This document shows, in pieces, positions 27,880 through 42,606 of a stretch of 64,000 bases of DNA (the first letter of the stretch is position 1; each line of letters opens with the position of its first letter). The position numbers were made by a program, and so were the translations under genes. This stretch comes from Octopus sinensis (Eukaryota), in contig NC_043011.1 in the NCBI RefSeq assembly GCF_006345805.1, positions 15,264,464-15,328,463 of the forward strand, read 5' to 3'. The notes beneath the pieces are model-generated. The model saw nothing but the letters and a program-made list of their open reading frames with translations. It searched no databases and was not told the origin of the DNA.

Positions 27880-28056
27880 AGGCGCAGGAGTAGCGGTGTG
27901 GTAAGTAGCTTGCTAAACAACCACATGGTTCCGGGTTCAGTCCCACTGCGTTGCATCTAGGGCAAGTATCTTCTGCTATAGCCCCGGGCCGACCAATGCC
28001 TTGTGAGTGGGTTTGGTAGACGGAAACTGAAAGAAGCCAGTCGTATATATGTATAT

Positions 28057-28113
<57 letters not shown>

Positions 28114-28335
28114 TGTGTGTGTGTGTGTATGTGTTTGTGTGTGTATGTGTTTGTGTGTCAGTGTTTGTCCCCCCTAGCATTGCTTGACAAACGATGCTGG
28201 TGTGTTTACGTCCCCGTCACTTAGCGGTTCGGCAAAAGAGACCAATAGATTAAGTACTGGGCTTCCAAAGAATAAGTCCCGGGGTTGATTTGCTTGACTA
28301 AAGGCCGCAGTCAAATGACTGAAACAAGTAATAAA
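27880..28335 (+). mobile_element. SINE family B, full length
   Basis: ggcgcaggagtagcggtgtggtaag head through cagtcaaatgactgaaacaagt tail. Confidence 0.85.
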
Positions 28336-28687
28336 AACAAAAAACACTCTCAATTAACATTAACCTCAGTGATCTCATTAAGTCCCGACACTGTGTCGGA
28401 GTGCATTTCATCGCATCATATCAGTAAAGATTATACACGATGAATAGAAGATTTGAAAGATCACCAAACGATGTGGTCTTTCACATCCAGTCCATTTCTG
28501 GTTTGGATAGCACCCAAGCTCAACAACATGAAAGGAGACATTATTGTGGGAGTAACAAGAACAATCATTGTCTGCTCAACGCCATCTTGAACATACTGTC
28601 ACGCTGCGTCTCTAAGAATATACATCTCTGTGTAAATATGTGCAGCTATATATATATATTATATATATATATATAAAGTGAGATAGG

Positions 28688-28753
<66 letters not shown>

Positions 28754-29683
28754 GAGATAGGGGTTATGAGTGTAACCCACTATGGGATGTGTGTATATGT
28801 TTGTGTGTCTGTGTTTGTGCCCCCAACATCGCTTGATGACTGATGGTGGTGTGTTTACGTCCCCGTAACTTGGCGGTTCGGCAAAAGAGACCGAAAGAAT
28901 AAGTACTAGGCTTCCAAAGAATAAGTCCTGGCGTCGATCTGCTCGACTGAAGGTAATGCTCCGGCATGGCCGCAGTCAAATGACTGAAACAAGTAACAGA
29001 ATAAAAGAGTAAAAGAATATATGTACAAAAAAGACGGTGAGATCACGACTGGCGCGCCTTTGATCATAAGTTTGTGTAATCTGATATGGGGTTAAACAAT
29101 TTCGCCCAAAGCAATTATGCTCCCACTTCCACCCACTCTTCCTCGCCCCATTCTCTAAACACTATCGCCTCCTATTTCTTGTCAGAATGATCGTTATCAA
29201 CATCAACTTCCTTATCATCCACACTTACCAACCCTCACCATCTTCCATCTCCCTTCTCTCTCTCCTACCCTCTTTCTCTCCTACCCTCTCTCTCTCCTCC
29301 TTTTCTCTCTCTCTACTTCAATAGCAGCAGACAAACGTAAATATTCTTGCTGACTATAGTCGATCGTTTCATTGTGGGAGGTAAGAATACCTTGCTATTA
29401 AATCGGCAAATTATCTCCGTCATGGGGTGGACGGTGTGAATGATAGATAGAGGTGATGGGAGATGGTTACAGATGGTTGATGTGATTATTACATGACTTT
29501 TCGTAGAGGGTGGTCTGAAATAGGAATCACGCTTGCAAATCAACTTGCACATATGAAGAGAAACTTTAGGTAAGTAGAAGCCACTCTGTTGAACTGGGAA
29601 AAAAGCGATCGCCCGAAGTAATACTCCAAATATTTAATCTTATTTCCACTTTATATAATGTGGCTCCAACATTATTTGTCAAA

Positions 29684-30083
29684 TCTTTATATATAAAAGT
29701 GAGGTTGTGTGCTGTCTATCTCCTACGTTTTAGATTCCTAACTACTCCCACATTTTGCGGTGCAGTTTAACCAAAACCGGGTATCTTATAGTCGTGATTC
29801 ATATCGAGCCCTTCTGGGTATTAGCGCGCGTCTACGATGAGTCTACGATTTAAAAAAAAAATTGACCATCATTTTTTTCCATTTTTAATGCATTTTTGGC
29901 ATATATAAGGGAAGTAACTCTCTAAAAATTTATTATTAAACCTCAGAACGTAAAAAGCTACAGTAACACCCCCCCCCCTTTGTGGTTAGCCATATTGAGA
30001 TGGCTATTATACTTTACATCTCTAAAAATGCTTATATAGTTATTTCCCTTACAAACCCGAGCAACGCCGGGCGATACTGCTAG
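29684..30083 (+). mobile_element. non-autonomous Helitron
   Basis: Starts TCTTTATATATAAAAG after A; subterminal hairpin cccg-agcaacgc-cggg; ends CTAG before T; no TSD. Confidence 0.85.
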
Positions 30084-32299
30084 TGTTCTCTAAAGGAGCT
30101 GCGACTCTTCTAATCTCAACTTCCTAACCAGTTAGTCGTCTCTATACTTACTCATCAAAAAGTTCAAAAGTTATTACTTTCATACACTTGTCAGCTAACT
30201 CCTCTTCGTATATCTCTAAATCTATGGCGTTCCCTTCCAAACTATATTTCCTGCAACAGTTGTTTACCACTTACAGATTAACTGTTTTATGTTCAGTGTA
30301 ATACTACGCTACATATATCCCTTTCTCTTACCAACCCTATTTTCCTAAACTTTTTCCGAGTAATCTTCAGAGAATTTTTCGCTTTTTTTTACCTGCTCTC
30401 TTCCCTGTATTATATCAAGCTTTCTAGCAACTCTACCTTTCAACCAGCAGATCTATCATTTTTACTGGGGATGTAATTTTCGCCTTTAGACTTCATATTT
30501 CTCCAGGCAGTTCTATTCTCCCTTTTGAAACTCGATTTTTCCCACTAGAAATCTGTATCGCCTTTTGTCTTGATGTGGCGAGCTTTTTTGCCAGAGTTAC
30601 TATATATACTTTTTTCTCCTCTTAACAGTCATTTTTGTAGCATATCGCTGTTTTTTTTTTGTTTTTTTTTCAAATATAATTCATACCAACGTAAGCTTAT
30701 CGTTATATAAAGCTGTACAATAAAGCTATTTAGACTTACTTTAAATTTCATACTACTACCTCTCTTTGGTTGTTTCACAGATTCACACACGCACACACAC
30801 AAACACACACACAAACACCCCCCACACACACGCAAACACACATTCACAAATACATGTATGCACTAGCTACACTTGAATATATAAATTAACGTTATATTAA
30901 TTCATTATATTTTGCATACTCCATGTATTAGTTGTCAGGCCTGCGAGGAAATTTAATGGCATTCGTACATACAGACAGAAAACATACATACATACATACA
31001 TATATATACACACACATATTGTATGTATGTGTTATGTATGTATGTATGTATAAAAATTTATATCTATACGCGCGTGTGTGTGAATATACAGATATAGTAT
31101 TGATTCAAAATAGTATATTAAGTTAAACCAATATACGCACTGGAAAAAGCATTAGTTTAAAATGACATAAGTTATTTGTTTAAACATTAGTTTAAAATAA
31201 AATAACATCCGTAATGTACATACAAAGGCAGAACGGCGCTAACTGTAATATTTTGTCTCAGAGAGACTTGTCTTAAAAGGTTTTGTGTGTTAACAAACCA
31301 GGTCGTTTAGAATGACGATAGCGCGTCGACAAATGCCAGTGTTTCTGTTTGACTTGGCCTTCTCAGTGTCAGATACTCCCGGTCATTCTGGTGTAAATCG
31401 GACTTTCGTTCCAGTATACGTGAATAACACATACGCTGTTTTGTTTGGAGCATGGCCTAGCTTAGGTTAAATTTCTATATTCACTTGGAATAGCATCAGA
31501 TTGAAATATCAATGGGTAGAATATGCTTTTTAGACTGTATATGTCGAGTTCTCTAACACTGATCATTTTAAAACAGTAAACAAAACTTTAGCCATATGGT
31601 ATTTTCGCCAGAAAAATTCGCCCACGACGAGCTTCCTTTCATAAAATTCAAATATTATGCAAAGTTGAAAGTCATAGTTAATATCCATATAGAAGGAACA
31701 TGTATGTAGGGGAAATAAACAAAATAAATAGAGGGGGAAATGCTCGAAGTTAACTACAGATGTCATCTCTCTTAATGATATGCACACTAATGTCTTAATC
31801 TGATGCTATTTCAAATAAACGACAGAAAGAACCTTGACGAAAGATCATTGCTTGAGAAAACTCTCATTAATTTAACGCTTAAGAGAGAGATAGAGAAAGG
31901 CAATGTTGTAGATGTTGCCTGATCCTGGTGTAAAAACCTCGGAAATTTGCTTAATCTTTCCAATTGGGTGACAAGTACCGGTTGGATTTCACGAAAGCAC
32001 TTGCGTGTACGTAGACAAACAGCACTGGGTCATCCAGATTGTATCCAACTAGAATATTCGTAGGGTGGTAGACAGGGCTAGCATAGGTTGTTCCTAATTC
32101 AAAGTAGTCAGTTATATACACCAAAAATGTGTAATTTGTATGGTTAAATAGACAAGGATTCGGTTACCGAAGCCGATGGGTAGTTCACCCTAGAAAGGGC
32201 CATTAGATTACAATCGATAAGGTTTGGTTTGAAAATAGTGATGACATATTCCGAAGCAAAAAGAGAGATCTAGTTAGTAATCTAAAAGTGATTCTTTGG

Positions 32300-34878
32300 A
32301 AAGGCTTTGTGGCTAGCGTACAGGTGACAAGGTTAGCCGTTGTCCACTTCTTTAACGTTAAGCACAAAAGTTGTTCGTCGGAGTTAGGACGTGTGCACAA
32401 ATACATGAGAGAAAGAAAACCATTCGATGGATCCGGGAGTCAGAGGTGCAATGTGTCGACAAAAGTCACAATTCCAAGCAAATGTGTGCGGATTTTCATT
32501 GGCATTTCAATTAACTGTGTGAGGTGGACAGTTGATCGGAGACGGGGTGGGCATTACGTCTATGTTTTTGGTGTCCCGTGGATTTCGGATAGGGTGCAAA
32601 AGTTCTCTAACAGCTGACAAAATTCAGAAAGCAAAGGAAGGCTGTACGCAGGAGATACTGCCGAAGCTGCTATGATCTGCTCGACGAGCCTTATGTTCGT
32701 ATGTCAGACATGTTCAAAGGCCTCTTGGCAATAGAGTATAACAAATCCTGCTAAACTAAATTTGTTAGTATTTTTTCACCAGTCCTGTAACTCAGTGAAA
32801 TGCAGAGTTGAAGATTCTAGCCAGGATGTTTGCTAAGAGGTTGGCGCTTGTCGATATCCTGGTAGTTGAAATGCAGTCATGCGGCATACTGAATAGATCT
32901 AATCTCGGCATCCTCTACTTCACAGGATACATCACAGAAAGTGTGGGAAAATAACCTGACATGAGTGAGGATCTTATCAATTTAGATCAGTCGAAAGATT
33001 TCGCTAAGGTCAACCATAGGTATTTGGCTGCTTTCCTGCAGGAAGCTGGTCTTGGGCCAGTCTTTAGAAGCTGGACATTCTCTCTGTAGTCAGAACAACT
33101 GGCTACTTGTCGCAATAGTTCAGTATCATGCTTTCTGTCCGTTAATGGTCACCCCTCCCTTCCCGTCCATGCGTACTGACCTTAGAACCAGTCCTGCTGA
33201 AGTTAGCGGTTTCGAGAGACATCTTTCAAGAACCAGAAAGATCCGTTATTGTATATACAGACGGACACCAAACTCATTGAAGTGATCAGTACTTCTGTAA
33301 TGGAATACGACGCGGCGACAGGAGCAAAAGAATTTAACCTGTAACGTTGTGGAGAGTAGGTCGGATAGAACGTTTAAATTTCTAGAGCTTCGATTGTTCG
33401 GTAACTTTAGGTGAACAAGAATTTTCAAGAGGTGACGAGCAGGATAGTTAGTCTCAGAAATAGGGTGAGAGGAAACTATATCAGAAGGGACGCGCAGAGG
33501 TGGTGAATGAATACATTGCGTATGTCATCAGTAACTGTCTAACAGTTGTGCCTTGTTCCGCTTGAGGACTGACAAGAACGGAACGCTTCCGCTTCCATTT
33601 TTTGAGGAAGGGACGTGTTCCGTTGGTCCAACGTTCCATTTGTAGTCGGCATATTCTGAGGCTAGAACATATCCAGTGTTTCCTTGACGGTAAGCAGATG
33701 TGGTAGCTGTTTGTTAGACACATTTCCCGTTACAACTCTCTCTTTGAGAGAGCTGATGTCACTGTACTTTGTCTTGGCATACCTATTTCTGTACTACCCA
33801 CAAGGGGCTAAACGCAGAGAGGACAAACAACAACGGACAAACGGATTAAGTCGGTTATATTGACCCCAGTGCGTAACTGGTACTTATTTAATCGACCCCG
33901 AAAGGATGAAAGGCAAAGTCGACCTCGGCGGAATTTGAACTCGGAATGTGAAGACAGACGAAATACCGCTAAGCATTCCATCCGGCGTGCTAACGATTCT
34001 GCCAGCTCGCCGCCTTGTCTTGGCATACCGATACTAGGCACAAGGTACCACGTCAGCCCTTTGTCAGTCGAGCAATGCGGTCGGTGAATAGACCAGAACG
34101 ACGTTCTATAGAGGATTGGTTAAAAGCAACGACATCTTTGGGGAAACTCAGTGGCACTGAAAATCAACTGGCTTGTGTGTGCCGAAGGACTTTCAGGTCG
34201 TGGTCCAAGCATAATTTTCAGAAATACTTAGCCTGGCAGCATTATCGGTGGGGAACTGTCACTTCTGAATGAATTTTACAGGCATGGTAGTGTCGTCACA
34301 GGGGCCTGCTCTACATGTGCGCAGATGTGCGGCGAAACTATGTTACATGCGCTCGTATGCTACATTCGGGCATTGCTGAATTAGGGAGTTATGTCGAACA
34401 GCTGCTGTCATGTGTAGCTCGGATCCGACTACCAGCCGGCTCCGTTGTGAAGATCAATTTGCCGCCTTTCTTTGGCCGCGAAGAGCCCACACTTTACCGC
34501 GTGTTTATTAGGTATATCGAATGTGGTTGTGTGGGGGACTGAACGGGTACTTTTCTTACTGATGATGCCAATAAATTTGCAAAACGTCAGATGAGTGAAC
34601 TATTCCTGAGCTGGCGCCAGCAGGCTGAAAATCATGGAGGACAGAAGAGCACATGTTATGGTGCTCCCGATGAGCAGGTTGATGCAGGAACTTTTGAGTT
34701 CCTTGGTAGCCCCTAAGTGGCATTTACCCCTATTGGGGAATTTTGTTCTTGTAATTTTCATGTTAAATGGTTGTTATTGCATATTTTTTACGTGTTTATG
34801 CAAAACTCCAATGTCCTTTCTCCTTGTAGTGGTGTAAATATTTTTCGCAGTCTTTGTTGCTGATAAAGAAAGAAAGAT
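32300..34878 (+). mobile_element. decayed Tx1/L1-clade LINE ORF2 and 3' UTR
   Basis: RT segment LINLDQSKDFAKVNHRYLAAFLQEAGLGPVFRSW (32972-33075), typical of Tx1; A-rich end abuts (TTC)n; 5' boundary approximate. Confidence 0.65.
33784..34014 (-). mobile_element. SINE family A
   Basis: Full-length; 15-bp TSD ttgtcttggcatacc. Confidence 0.92.
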
Positions 34879-34953
34879 TCTTCTTCTTCTTCTTCTTCTT
34901 TTCTTCTTCTTCTTCTTCTTCCTTCTTCTTCTTCTTCTTCTTCTTCTTCTTCT

Positions 34954-34988
<35 letters not shown>

Positions 34989-35186
34989 TTCTTCTTTTCC
35001 CCCTTCGTCATCGGCGTTGTCGTCATTATCATCATCATCATCATATCATCATTGTCATCTGTCATTACCATCATTGTCATTGTTATTATTATTATCATTA
35101 TCATTATTTCTTTTTATCTCAGTTTTTTTTAACTCCTGAAGTCTTACATGCGTAGCGGGCTTGCTTTCTGCATTATCATTATTATT

Positions 35187-35275
<89 letters not shown>
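34879..35275. repeat. (TTC)n, (ATC)n, (TTG)n and (TTA)n microsatellites
   Basis: Direct inspection. Confidence 0.9.
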
Positions 35276-35277
<2 letters not shown>

Positions 35278-35700
35278 TCTTGCCAGTACCGTTACAGTGT
35301 CGGATCAAAAGCTTTGCGATATTAATTTCTGTTTTTTGCATTTTGATTTCAAATCTGACTAAAGCCAACTTTGCCTTTCGTCCTTCCGGGTTCGATAAAA
35401 TAAAGTGTGTGCTACGTGCAGAGGTTGATTTAATCGAATAACTTCAATCCCCAGATCTGAAGCCTTGTGTTTATAATAGAAGTGATGATTATTATGACTA
35501 TATCAGTTCATTCAATCCTTATTCTTTGATGAATGCATCTCGGTTATGGAGAATTTATTGTTTTATTAATTTAATCTGAAAGGAAATAAAAATAAAAAAA
35601 AAACTTCGATAATTACTGAATACAATCTTGATGCATTCTTGATGAAGTGAACAACAACTGTTATCTTTGAAACACACGTTTTAATGAACACATGAATCCA

Positions 35701-35753
<53 letters not shown>

Positions 35754-36085
35754 GCACGCACACACACTCCTTGTCTCTTTCTCTCTCAAACAAACAATGA
35801 TATACACATAAATTTATGCAAACGTAAGCTCATATCTACTTATACATAAACCTGTACTTATAGACACATACAGAAGAATATACAGAAAAACCACACTCAT
35901 ACATGCAGAGAGATATAAGCATAGTTATGCGTTAAGAGGCACTCACATACATACATATATACATACATACGTACATATATATATACATATATATACATAC
36001 ATGCATACATACATACATACATATATACAAACATACAAACATACATACATACATACATACATACATACATACATACATACATACA

Positions 36086-36117
<32 letters not shown>

Positions 36118-36933
36118 CAAACACTCGTGCATATACACATACAGATGTAGATATATACACACATGAATACAGGCAGCACACGCATACTTATTACAAAGGT
36201 ACACTACACACAATCATCTACAAACCAAATTCATAATGAGTAATTTAGAAATATGATTATCTTAATTCTCGTTGCTTCTGATTGCTTTACTAAACCATTG
36301 ATCCGTTAGTCCATGTTATCAAGTTAAATCCTACAAGATTGTCAGCAGCCGAAATGCTTAACATCAATAAATTGCTCCTTATGGTTTCATTGATTCTAGA
36401 TATCACGAGTCATTCAAATTATGAGGTAAACACTGTCCGGATTTGAACATGTAACTCAAAACTTACGAGTCGTAAAATTTATTTTAGATGGTTAAACTAA
36501 GTCTACGCTTTCCGGCAAACGGCCGCACTATTTCTGCAGATTATTGGTTGCTTTTATCTATCCTACTTAAAGTTAAACATTATATTGTCCCTTAACATCC
36601 AAACCGAGCACGATGGGTGCCTGTAGCAGATCCATGCGAGCCAACTCTCTATTCTCTTATGAAAGACTTGAAACTGGCTTATAGGAGAAATAAACAAATC
36701 TATCACAAAAGTAGATTTAGCGAGTGGTAGAATGGTATAGCATCGGCTTCTCCTCTCCATATGTCAAGTAGGCGCTAAGCTGTAGAGCAGGTGGCAGTGT
36801 CTAAATTTGTGTCTCATTTGAACAAGTTATTAATGAGAACAAAATTTGTATTATATATTATGTAGTCTACGGATAAATCTATATATCAGTCTATCTGTAC
36901 TCTCTCTCCCCTCTCTCTTTTAATATATATATA

Positions 36934-36988
<55 letters not shown>

Positions 36989-36991
36989 TAG

Positions 36992-37057
<66 letters not shown>

Positions 37058-37173
37058 TACATATATATATATAAATAAATACTTATATACATATAAATAC
37101 AAACGTATATATAAATACACACATATATATATATGTGTGTATATATAAATACATATATATATATGTATATATT

Positions 37174-37205
<32 letters not shown>

Positions 37206-37436
37206 GATACATATATATGTGTAAATACGTATCTATGTATAAACACACACACACATATATATATATACATATACACACATATATATAAATACATATATAT
37301 AGATATAAATGCATATACTTATTTATAAATACACATATATATATACATATAAATACATACGTATATATAAATACACACATATATATATATGTCTATATAA
37401 ATACATATGTATGTATAAATACATATCTATGTTTAG

Positions 37437-37479
<43 letters not shown>

Positions 37480-37577
37480 AATACATATATACACACATAT
37501 ATATAAATACATATATATAGATATAAATGCATATACTTATATATAAATACACATATACATATATAAATATAAATACT

Positions 37578-37612
<35 letters not shown>

Positions 37613-38633
37613 TATATATACATATACATTTATATATATATACATACACACATGCACACACGCACACACACATACACACACATACATATATATATATATA
37701 ATAGAAGACTCTTGCCCAAAGTACTGCGCTGTGGAAACCACGTGCCTGAAAAGCGAGATTCTTGACTGCACAGCCATTTCTGTTACATTATTTTCTAGTG
37801 GTTGATTAAGCTCACTACATCTAAATGACTTTATCCATTACAAACATATACACATATATTTATATATATATACATATATACATATATACGACAGGCTTCT
37901 TTCATACTCCGTCTACCAAATGACTGATATCCACTCACAAGGCTTTGGTCGGCTCGAGGCTATAGTAGAAGACACTTTCCCAATGTACCACGCAGTGAGA
38001 CTGAACCCGGAACCATGTGGTTGGTAAGCAAACTACTTACCACACAGCCACTCATATTACATATTTGTACGCACAAATATGTTTATACACAAATAAGCAT
38101 ATTTACACAGATGTAAAATAAAAAATAAAAACTGTCATATGCCGTCCACCAAATGTATGAAATACTCAAAAACTGCGAATAAGATAAACCCAAAACATCC
38201 AAAGACACAGTGATCAAAATATATGCTGTCCATTCCATATAAAAAGCTGAAAGCTCGACATCCTGCCATTGTAACTTCGTTGATCTAGCTCACACTTCAT
38301 AAAATTTATTGGAAGTAATGCAACTTTCTTCCCCTTACCTACTTCATGTTGCACTAGAATCCCATTCAGCTTCGTCTGCTACATTATCTTTCTTATACTA
38401 AGAACTGAATAGAACACCGCATGTACCTCCATTTCCTTTGAATGCGATCCTCGCAATGAATTCGGTTGATAGTGAAACCAATCTGACCCAATGGTAGGGG
38501 ATAAAAAAACAACAACATCTGGCAGTATTTGGGATGTGGGATTGCATGGCAGACGAATGACGAGAATGTATGTGCTACCCAGGTGTTCATGTAGATGGTA
38601 TAGTAAAAGGTGTTCATGTAGATGGTATATTAA

Positions 38634-38864
38634 AGGCGGCAAGCTGGCAAAAACGTTAGCACGCAGGGCGAAATGCTTTGCGGTATTTCGTCTGCCGTTA
38701 TGTTCAGAGTTCAAATTCCGCTGAGGTCGACATTGCCTTTTATCCTTTCGGGGTCGATTAAATAAGTACCAGTTACGCACTGGAGTCGATCTAATCGACT
38801 TAATCCGTTTGTCTGTCCTTGTTTGTCCCCTCTGTGTTTAGCCCCTTGTGGGTAGTAAAGAAAT
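38634..38864 (+). mobile_element. SINE family A
   Basis: Full-length match to the other copies. Confidence 0.9.
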
Positions 38865-39313
38865 ATGTATAGTAAAAGTGATTACCTTCACATAATTAGC
38901 CATAATTATGAAAGAGCGTAATGAGTAAATGAATTAAATGAATAAGTTTTCTCCAAAGGAATTTTTTTAAAGAAAGCAGGCACTTAAGTTTCGTCAGATC
39001 ATGTATAGAATATGGCATGACCTCTAGGCTACTATACACTATAAAGCGTTTTAGGCATTCACTATTTACAAATCAATGTTTTTACGATGTTTCACATTCT
39101 TTACTTTTCAATGTTTCTCATTCTCTTTTTCTCTCACGCTCTCAATTTTATTTTGAGTGGAGTTAGTTACCCCTTTTTACGTCATCCCAATTTCTATACC
39201 TTTTGCAAGACTGTAGTGAACAAAATCTCGAGCAAATTAACCACACAACTGATAAGCATAGTTTCCGAGGTGCAAACCTACAAACTTAGCTCTTCTACTA
39301 TAGTTAGCATAGT

Positions 39314-39386
<73 letters not shown>

Positions 39387-39409
39387 ATATAATATATATA
39401 TATATATTA

Positions 39410-39666
39410 CTTTATTTAAAAGTAGCAGAAATATAACAGAAGCTGTTACTCGGAGTTTCACGTTCCCGTTCGTCGGACAGTTTTTGTTAAAACACCTTTT
39501 CTTATAAAAACATTTTAACAAAAACTGTCCGACGAACGGCAACGTGAAACTTCGAGTAACAGCTTTTGTAATATTTCTGCTGCTTTTAAATAAAGCACAT
39601 TACTCTACCTCTGGCATTTGAGTACTCGTTTTTCCTCCTTGTTTCACATTTATGTGCTTACTCCGG
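39410..39666. mobile_element. foldback element with two divergent variant HHRs
   Basis: Arms at 39410-39492 and 39513-39595; HHRs at 39436-39487 (-) and 39518-39569 (+); (TA)n on both sides. Confidence 0.85.
39518..39569 (+). ncRNA. type I hammerhead ribozyme, U4C core variant
   Basis: ACAAAAACTGT-CCGACGA-ACG-gcaa-CGT-GAA-ACT-tcg-AGT-A-ACAGCTTTTGT; stem I 10/11 pairs, GNRA loop II, GUA triplet. Confidence 0.75.
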
Positions 39667-41776
39667 TATATATATATATATATATATCAAGTCCGACATG
39701 GCTGATTTCAGTTTTGGCTTGTTGTGTCAAGAATCCAGTTTGGACAGCACGGGTTTTGGTTCAGAATGAACAGAAGTGAAATAGGACATCACATTCAGAC
39801 TAAACACTTGAAGACAAAGAACATTTATTCTGAATATCGAACATTGTTGTTGTATAGTGGAAGAATATGTCTCTCGAAGAGGAGACCAAAATCCGATTAT
39901 ACTCATAATTTGTCGCTGCTACTAATGATTACTCGTAATAAACATGTGTTTTTTTTTTATATATCTCAGGTTACAACATGTGATAAGTTATGTCTTGCGC
40001 GCATTTGCACTGTAGCAGACATATCTCATCTACTGTCTTAAGACTTTGCTCAATCTTCTGAGATTTTTAGTACACTGACAAGGCACATTTCTTAAAGATC
40101 GGTGTCTCCAGTTCACTTACCTATCACAAAAAGAAAGAAAAGAAAAAGAAAGCGAATTGGCGAAATGTAACAGAAATAACGCACGTGTTCACTTGAAATC
40201 CGATATCACATCACCTTTTTGTTTCGGTCGTAAGATTATATAGGACAATAGTATTGTCATTGAGTGACAACCGACAATGTACTCTGAAGATCCGAGGTCA
40301 ACTCTACTATTGAGGGCAAGTGCCTTCTCCCATAAAATGATAGTCATCTCTCGCTCCCCTCCTCTCTCTAGCTGTGTACTTATGAAGAAATACTTAATTT
40401 TGAGTCAAAATAGTATGGTTTCAACAATTTACTATTACTACTATAATTGAAACTATCATTGGTTTCTAATTGTTCTGTTGTGCAATCAACACAAATCAAG
40501 TTGTGTTTGGTGCTGTAATTTATGTTGGTTGAACAACAGAACAATTAAATAAAAGATACAATGGACATAGGTATGGCATCTCTCACAATAGCAGTAGTTC
40601 AATGGAACTTACCGAACATGTTACATCAATCTCCTGTAATCTTGGGGAACACCTAAAAACGCACATTCTCAGAAAATATTCTGTCTCTACTATACTTCCA
40701 TTCTTCAAAATTCACGAGGACAATTATATTTGTGAATTGTGTAGCACCACACCCTAGAGGAGTGAATAAAATGACGACCTTCACCACATTTACACAAAAC
40801 TGTTTGGCTACGTGTTCCCTTGCCTGTTTTCTTTTCACTTTCTTTCGTTTTTTTCTTTTTCTTTGTTTACCGTTTGTGAAAAGCGAAAACCGATGACATA
40901 CATCATTTTATCAAAAATGAACGAAGGTTATTCCCGTACATATTTTGAATTTCTTTATTTCTACGTTCTTTTCATTTTATACTTTGAACCCGAGGAAGAC
41001 AGACAATCTGTCGAAATAGGGAGAGTTTACGAAAAAAAAAACAACAAAAGACGGAGACAGATGGTGTACAAAACAAATAGATGTATTAGTATAACACTTA
41101 GGAATAGAATTCGTAAACTCTCCCTATATATCACACGCTCACGTGGTCGCACATGTTGATCCTGTCATTTCTTGCCACACACGAACTTCTCCACTGGACT
41201 CTCTATCTACCCTTTACGGATTCTGTTTTTTTTTTATTTCTCCGTATATTTTGTGTAACAGTTTCCTTGATATGTTCTCGTCTCTGTAAGAACCCTGGTA
41301 ATTGATAAAATATATTATCGTCCTTCTACTCATTACCATTAACGCGGCGAAGTGACAGAGTCGTTATCGCGCCGTGCAAAATACTTAGCGGCATTTCGTC
41401 CGGATATTTGCCCTCCGGCTGCACCTCTCCTACATACGGATCACTGTGGACTCTACTCTTGATGAGAAATCTGTCGAAATATTGTTCAACTCGTTCTATT
41501 CAATAAACAGTGATAATCGTTATTTATTACAGATGACATCGTACTCTTCTTGTTGTTTATTTACCTTCCTTTCTACCATTGGCAGAGGGCCTGAAATTTT
41601 GTGGGGAGGGAGTAGCCAATTACATCGACCTCAGTGCTCAACTGGTACTTAATCGTCAAAAGGTTAAGAGGCAAAGTTGACGTCGGAGGAATCTGAATTG
41701 AGAACGTAAAAAAGGACGAAATACCGCTAAGTATTTTGCACGGCGCGATAACGACTCTCTCACTTCGCCGCCTTAA

Positions 41777-42096
41777 TGGTAATGGGTTTTTCTCATGGCA
41801 GCGTTCCTGTAAGCTGTCTGAGGCATGACAACTGTTTCAGCCGCCGTTTTCCCGAGCAGAAAACAGAATTTCATGGAAGTACGCTCTTGCTTCGTTTCAG
41901 TCATTGCAGAAATCAACGAATAGGGAAAAAGCACTACAAAACAAAGATGCTCTACGTGACTGTAGGTCTGCACGCGACGACGCCGGTTGGTAGACTGATG
42001 CCTGAGTGTTACATCAAGTGGCTTTTAGCGATGGAAGCCACAGCAAGCTTGTCCCCACAGAGAGCGTTTCCGGTTACTTTCGGGTACCTCCTCGTA
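41777..42096 (-). mobile_element. mariner 5' remnant
   Basis: TA-cgaggaggtacc TIR; N-terminus QERTSMKFCFLLGKTAAETVVM; related fragment at ~45520-45710. Confidence 0.75.
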
Positions 42097-42376
42097 AACC
42101 ACCAAAAGTTTAACATCCACTCGGTGCCTGTCAACTTCTATTAGTTCAATCTGATTATTACAACGAACTCGCTATTACTGTTTATAGCTCAAAATATTTA
42201 CAACTCGACTGCGTTTTCTCGAATCATGAAAAGAAAAAAAAAAAGATTTTTGTAGAAATTTAGCTGTTGCGGTCTTTATCTGAACCATGCACTCATTAAA
42301 AGAGGAAAAGTTCCCAACCAAAAAAACCACCACCATCACCATCAACATTACCAGCATTCCCAGCAACAACAGTACC

Positions 42377-42606
42377 TATTTCTTTATTACCTACAAGGGG
42401 CTAAACATAGACAGGACAAACAAGGACAGACATAGGTATTAAGTCGATTACATCGACCCCAGTGCGTAACTGGTACTTAATTTATCGACCCCGAAAGGAT
42501 GAAAGGCAAAGTCGACCTCGGCGGAATTTGAACTCACAACGTAACGACAGACGAAATACGGCTACGCATTTCGCCCGGCGTGCTAACGTTTCTGCCAGCT
42601 CGCCGC
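42377..42606 (-). mobile_element. SINE family A
   Basis: Full-length; TSD aacaacagtacc. Confidence 0.92.
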
